Below, piece by piece: positions 27,745 to 32,000 of a stretch of DNA of 32,000 nt. Position numbers and translations under genes: made by a program. Each line of letters begins with the position of its first letter. Positions within the stretch are counted from its first letter, which is position 1. The notes beneath the pieces were generated by a model. The model was not told where the DNA came from. It saw nothing but the letters and a program-made list of their open reading frames with translations, and made no database searches. This stretch comes from Schaalia meyeri (lineage in GTDB: Bacteria > Actinomycetota > Actinomycetes > Actinomycetales > Actinomycetaceae), in NCBI RefSeq assembly GCF_900105015.1, contig NZ_FNLK01000005.1:427461-459460 (forward strand), read 5' to 3'.

Positions 27745-28953
27745 GTGTGCCACAATGAGGACATGACTGATTGTGTGCTGCGTGGCCGCCTGGTGCTGGA
27801 AGATTCCGTTGTCGACGACGGAATTATTGAGATCGACGGCTCTACCATTACCCGCATCTGCCCCGTGTCAAACTACGACGCTGCGCTGCCCGAGGCATCG
27901 GATTCGACCTTCCTGCCCGGCCTGGTGGACGTTCACTGCCACGGCGGAGGCGGTGAATCCTTCCCGAACGCCGAGACTGCCGAGGCCGCCCTCGTGGCCG
28001 TCATGGAGCATCGCCGCCACGGGACGACTTCCCTGGTTGCCTCCTGCGTGACCGCTTCGGCGGACGTGCTGCGCAGACGTGCCGCGACGCTGGCCCAGCT
28101 GGCGAACGATTCCGAGATTGCGGGCATCCACTTTGAGGGCCCCTTCGTCTCCCACGAGCGCTGCGGAGCACAGGATCCGACCTACATCATCGACCCCGAT
28201 CCTTCCCTAACGCTGACACTGCTCAAGGACTGCCAGGGACACGCGCTGTCGATGACGCTCGCCCCGGAAAAACCCGGAGCGTACGGCCCGGGTTCTGTGG
28301 CCGAAGCGCTCATCGATGGGGGAGCGCTGCCCTCGTGGGGCCACACGGACTCCAATTCGGTCATGGCGCGCCAGGCGCTGGAATACTCCCGCGAGCGATT
28401 CGCGGAGGTGAAGACAAAGCGTGGCCCTCGGGCAACGATCACGCACCTGTTCAATGGCATGCGGCCCCTGCACCACCGTGACACGGGTCCGGTCGCCGAG
28501 TTTTTGTCGGACGCGGCGCGCGGCGGCGCGGTCGTCGAGCTGATCTGCGATTCGATCCACGTCGACCCGACGCTGGTGCGTGACGTGTACGAGATGGTGG
28601 GGCGCGAGCACGTCGTGTTCGTTACCGACGCGATGGCCGCCGCGGGCATGCCCGACGGCGAGTACACGCTGGGGCCTCAGGACGTCGTCGTCAGGGACGG
28701 CGTTGCGCGCCTCGCCCAGGGCAACGCGATCGCTGGAGGCACTGCGCACCTGCTGGACTGCGTGCGCGTCGCCGTCACCCGCGGCGGCATCCCTCTGGTG
28801 GATGCCGTCTACATGGCGTCCGCCCAGGGTGCCACCATACTGGGCGACGACACGATCGGTTCGCTCGCCGCCGGTAAGAAGGCGGACGTCGTCGAGGTTG
28901 ACGCGCAGCTGAACGTGCACCGCGTGTGGCGCCGTGGCACTGTAGTCGCGTGA
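27745..28953 (+). CDS. nagA: NagA-type amidohydrolase, mirror copy
   Basis: 402 aa, identical to the product of 23373..24581. Confidence 0.85.
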   Translation: MCHNEDMTDCVLRGRLVLEDSVVDDGIIEIDGSTITRICPVSNYDAALPEASDSTFLPGLVDVHCHGGGGESFPNAETAEAALVAVMEHRRHGTTSLVASCVTASADVLRRRAATLAQLANDSEIAGIHFEGPFVSHERCGAQDPTYIIDPDPSLTLTLLKDCQGHALSMTLAPEKPGAYGPGSVAEALIDGGALPSWGHTDSNSVMARQALEYSRERFAEVKTKRGPRATITHLFNGMRPLHHRDTGPVAEFLSDAARGGAVVELICDSIHVDPTLVRDVYEMVGREHVVFVTDAMAAAGMPDGEYTLGPQDVVVRDGVARLAQGNAIAGGTAHLLDCVRVAVTRGGIPLVDAVYMASAQGATILGDDTIGSLAAGKKADVVEVDAQLNVHRVWRRGTVVA

Positions 28954-29245
28954 GAGGTAAACGCAGCAAGAAGCGACCGTGGGGTGAGGCGCGCCCCCTG
29001 CAGATGGACCGCCTCGCCTCTGCGGCGCGCACGGAACGCGGTCCCGACGGCGGGGACTACCAAGTGCGCCATTTGCCCAGTGCCTCCAAGGAGTACACGT
29101 GTCCGGCCTGCCTGCGCCCGATCCTGAAGGGTACCGCTCACGTGGTGGCATGGCCGGAGGAGACCCCCTTCGGGCTGCCTCAGGGGTGAATGGGCGCCGC
29201 CACTGGCACTCCGAATGCTGGCGGCGCGGGCTTCGACCGGTGTAG
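28950..29245 (+). pseudogene. small Cys/His protein, mirror copy, frameshifted
   Basis: GGGG at 29183..29186 against CCCCC at 23139..23143 in the left arm. The ORF stops prematurely at 29189. Confidence 0.7.
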
Positions 29246-29359
29246 CTATGGATGTGATGTATCACTGCCTCGCGTGCGAACACGGTCGTTGCTGTGGTTA
29301 GCACGTAGAGTGGGGACTGAATAATGCCCTCAGCGTGGGCATGGAGATGAGGAGCAACC

Positions 29360-30884
29360 GTGGAATTTCTTAAGCGATACGTGGTGGCAGCGTCGATGGG
29401 CGTTGTCTCTCTCGTATGCGTCCTCGTCGGGCTGCTCGGCGTGACCGTACTCCGACCCCCGACGCAACAGGTCTCGTCGGTCGAATCGGCGACGGATCTG
29501 ATCATGACGCGCGGCAACGTGCTGTCGATCGTGAAGGATGACGTGACAGTCACTGCGACGTCGAAGTCGGGTGCAGCCGTGACGCTGGGCATCGGTACGA
29601 CGCAGGACGTCAAGGGTGGATCGGCGACGCGGCCTACACCGAGGTCATCGGCGTGGAGTCGGATCGCAAGAAGCTGAAAGCCGAGTCACACGAGGCCGTT
29701 TCGTCGGGAAATACGACACCGACCGGGCCGTCGCAGTCCGGCGTGCAGTCGGGCGCCCAGCCCTGAAGGAACCCACGTCCGCGGATCTGGTGTCGCAGCT
29801 GGCCTCCTCCGACATGTGGTTCAAGAAGGCCAGCGGCGAGGAACCGTGAGCTTGGACCTGGAGAACGTGTCGGCCGGAAAGTCCGCCCTGGCGGTGTCCG
29901 CGGCCGGCGCGGGCGACCTGACGCTCACGCTCACGTGGAAGGTTGAGCAGACGAACCGCTGGCGATCATCGCCTTCCTTGCCGCCTGCGTGTTTGCCCTG
30001 ATCGCGCTCGCGCTGTTCCTGACGCGTTGGCAGCTGCTGCGCTTGCGCAGGATTCGTGCCGCGCGCATCGAGGAACGCCGTAAGGCCGATTCCCTTGAAA
30101 CCGCCTCGATCAACTCCGCGGCAGTCGCCGAGCGCGTCGCCGCCGACCGTGGATCATCTCCCGCCCCCGATACCGACGGGGCAGCGGAGCGAGAAAATAT
30201 GAGCGGCCCGTCGGGCGCGCAGCACAAGACCGAACAAAGTGATGAGTGGGCAGCCGCTGGCTTAGCGGCGTCCCCGAGGATGTGGTACCCCTGGAGCCTT
30301 CCATAGAAGACACGGCAATTCGCGACGTTCCCCCGGCCTCGTATCAGGACAGGAGGGAAGCGGCCGAGCGGTTAGCGACCCCCGATCCGGGCACCGAGGC
30401 CGTCGGTCAGGACGCCTACGTTCCCGATCCATTGAGGGACACCGTGAAGCGTCGCGGCCATCACGACCCGGAGCGCGCGATCGATCCGGACGTCGCCGAG
30501 CGCGGCCAAGACGATTACGTCCCCGATCCGTTAACGGACACCCTGAAGCGTCGCGGTCGTCACGGCCTGGAGCAGGGGCCGATCGATCAGGATCCGCCCG
30601 AGCGCGCCACGACGGACACCGGCGTCATCGATCTGTCTGGTATTCGGGGTGGGCGCACCCTGCCGTCGCGTCGCGCACTGCGCGAAGCCCGCAATAACGG
30701 CGAGCACATTGTCGTGGTGGACGGCCAGGAATTCAACACTGGATTGATCCCCGTGACCCGTCCCCAAAACTCCGAGCAGACACCCGCACCGACCTCGGCC
30801 CCCGACGATGACGCTTCGGCGACCGGAGGCTGGACGTCGATCATGTCCGGCTGGCTCACAGAGGGCGAAGAGGATAGGCGATGA
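29360..30884 (+). pseudogene. membrane protein, mirror copy broken by five 1-nt deletions
   Basis: Fragmented into ORFs 29360..29677, 29616..29849, 29816..30001, 29989..30306 and 30246..30884. The deletions are at 29614-16, 29761-63, 29840-41, 29956/57 and 30272-75. Confidence 0.8.
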
Positions 30885-31875
30885 AACGACGGACACTGGC
30901 GACGGCAACCGCCACCCTGCTCTTGGCCTCTACCCTCGGGATCAGCGCGTGCTCGGCGAGATTGTCGCCCAGTCGGAGGCTGACGCCCAGAGCGCGGCGA
31001 ACCTTGACCTGGAGCGCATCTCTTCCGTGCTTGGTGAGGCCGGTACGGCTATGACGAAGGCGGACGGCTCACTGAACGCCTCCGACCTGTCTGGGCGTGT
31101 TTCGCAGGGCGCCCTGGCGACCCGGACCGCGCAGTACGCGCTCGCGAGTGCGACGGGGCAGACTCCGCAGACCCTCGACTTCACCCCCACCTCGCTGGCG
31201 ATCACGAACTCTGAATCGTGGCCCCGTGCGATCTTCAACATCTCTGGATCGTCCTCTACAGCCCTGCCGGTCCTGCAGGTGTACGTGCAGGACTCGGCTC
31301 GTTCCGACTATCAGCTGACCAACTACGCTCGCCTCCTGGGCGGCACCCAGCTGACGCTGCCGCCCGTCGGCACCGGATCGGCGTACGTCACCGGCACCTC
31401 CGACGGCTTCACCGTGAGCCCCGACACGGCTCTGGCGCAGTACATTACGATGCTGAACTCCGGCAGCCAAGACACCACTCAATTCGTCGCGGATGAGTTC
31501 ACGAAGTTGTACCTGTCGAACGTGGCGGACATTAATTCGTCCGTCAGCGCGGCCGGCACCGTGACGGCTGCCGCGACAGCGTCGGACTACCCGATCTCGG
31601 GCCTGGTCTTGCAGGATGGATCGGCACTGGTGGCCGCCAACTTCAAGTACACCCTCACCTACCAGAGGACAGTCGCGGGGGCGACCATGAGCCTCGCCGG
31701 GAATACGGCGGCGCTCAGCTCCTCAGCACGAGCGTGGAGGGATCAGCGACAGTGGACTACCTGGCGACCGTCCTCATGCGCATCCGTCGCAGAGCGCCGG
31801 CGGAACCATCCAGTCGTCGGGGGAGAACGAACCATCGTCTCGGTCAGCCTGGATTCCTCCAGCAGCCCGGGCTGA
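30881..31875 (+). pseudogene. lipoprotein, mirror copy broken by four 1-nt deletions
   Basis: The ATG at 30881 goes out of frame after ISACS (GG at 30955-56 against CCC at 21363-65). Three further deletions at 31726, 31784-85 and 31813 restore the frame near the C-terminus. Confidence 0.8.
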
Positions 31876-31973
31876 GTTTCACCCTCAGCGCAGAGCTCGT
31901 CCCCGCGACCAAGTGGCGCGGGGACTACGCCTATCATCGAGTAGGAAGAAAACTTAAGTTAGATAGGACCACG

Positions 31974-32000
31974 ATGAACACGTCAGATTCACGTTCCGCA
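31974..32000 (+). CDS. first 9 codons of the thioredoxin-like/TPR gene, mirror copy (partial, runs off the window)
   Basis: ATGAACACGTCAGATTCACGTTCCGCA encodes MNTSDSRSA, identical to the start of 19434..20342. Confidence 0.7.

Larger units (their letters stand above)
26192..32000. repeat. right arm of giant inverted repeat, running off the window end
   Basis: See the left arm. It carries 12 single-base deletions relative to the left arm. Confidence 0.97.

Noticed and set aside
20316-32000. Composite transposon, invertible (phase-variation) segment or shufflon bounded by the inverted repeats
   Set aside because: There is no transposase, invertase or recombinase anywhere in the window. The repeats are adjacent with only 56 nt between them, so there is no cargo or invertible segment. 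The arms consist of ordinary operon genes.

Overview
This is a high-GC actinobacterial chromosomal segment, and the gene content looks like core genome rather than an accessory island. I found no CRISPR array, transposase, integrase, phage gene or recognisable defence system.

Positions 1-20.3 kb carry ordinary housekeeping genes:
- leuS (5' part), a HIT-family protein and a DtxR/MntR-type regulator.
- Two identical tandem tRNA-Lys(CTT) genes.
- An ABC exporter pair, bcp and tRNA-Leu(TAG).
- A tightly coupled etfB-etfA-cysteine desulfurase-mnmA operon.
- glgX, trpS and a small membrane protein.
- glgE, glgB and a thioredoxin-like/TPR protein.

The glgE-glgB-thioredoxin-like...nucS order matches, from memory, the M. 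tuberculosis Rv1327c-Rv1321 neighbourhood.

The outstanding feature is structural. From about 20316 to the window end at 32000 the sequence is one near-perfect palindrome. Two inverted arms of at least 5.8 kb flank a 56-nt centre (26136..26191) that lies inside the nucS coding sequence. Left position x pairs with right position of about 52326-x.

Each arm carries the same genes:
- nucS, lacking its 5' end.
- An AlkZ/YcaQ-like winged-helix glycosylase gene.
- nagA.
- A small Cys/His protein gene.
- A membrane protein gene.
- A lipoprotein gene.
- The start of the thioredoxin-like gene.

The arms differ only by 13 single-base length changes. Twelve are deletions in the right arm and one is in the left arm, and 12 of the 13 sit in runs of at least 2 identical bases, all G/C. 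I saw no substitutions.

I think the most likely explanation is a fold-back (chimeric long-read or contig-end) assembly artefact with poor polishing. A real 11.7 kb palindrome truncating nucS cannot be excluded without reads. If it were real it would be remarkable.

I do not see a convincing previously undescribed system. The best candidates for follow-up biology are the overlapping nucS-alkZ-like-nagA-small Cys/His protein operon and the adjacent membrane protein/lipoprotein pair.
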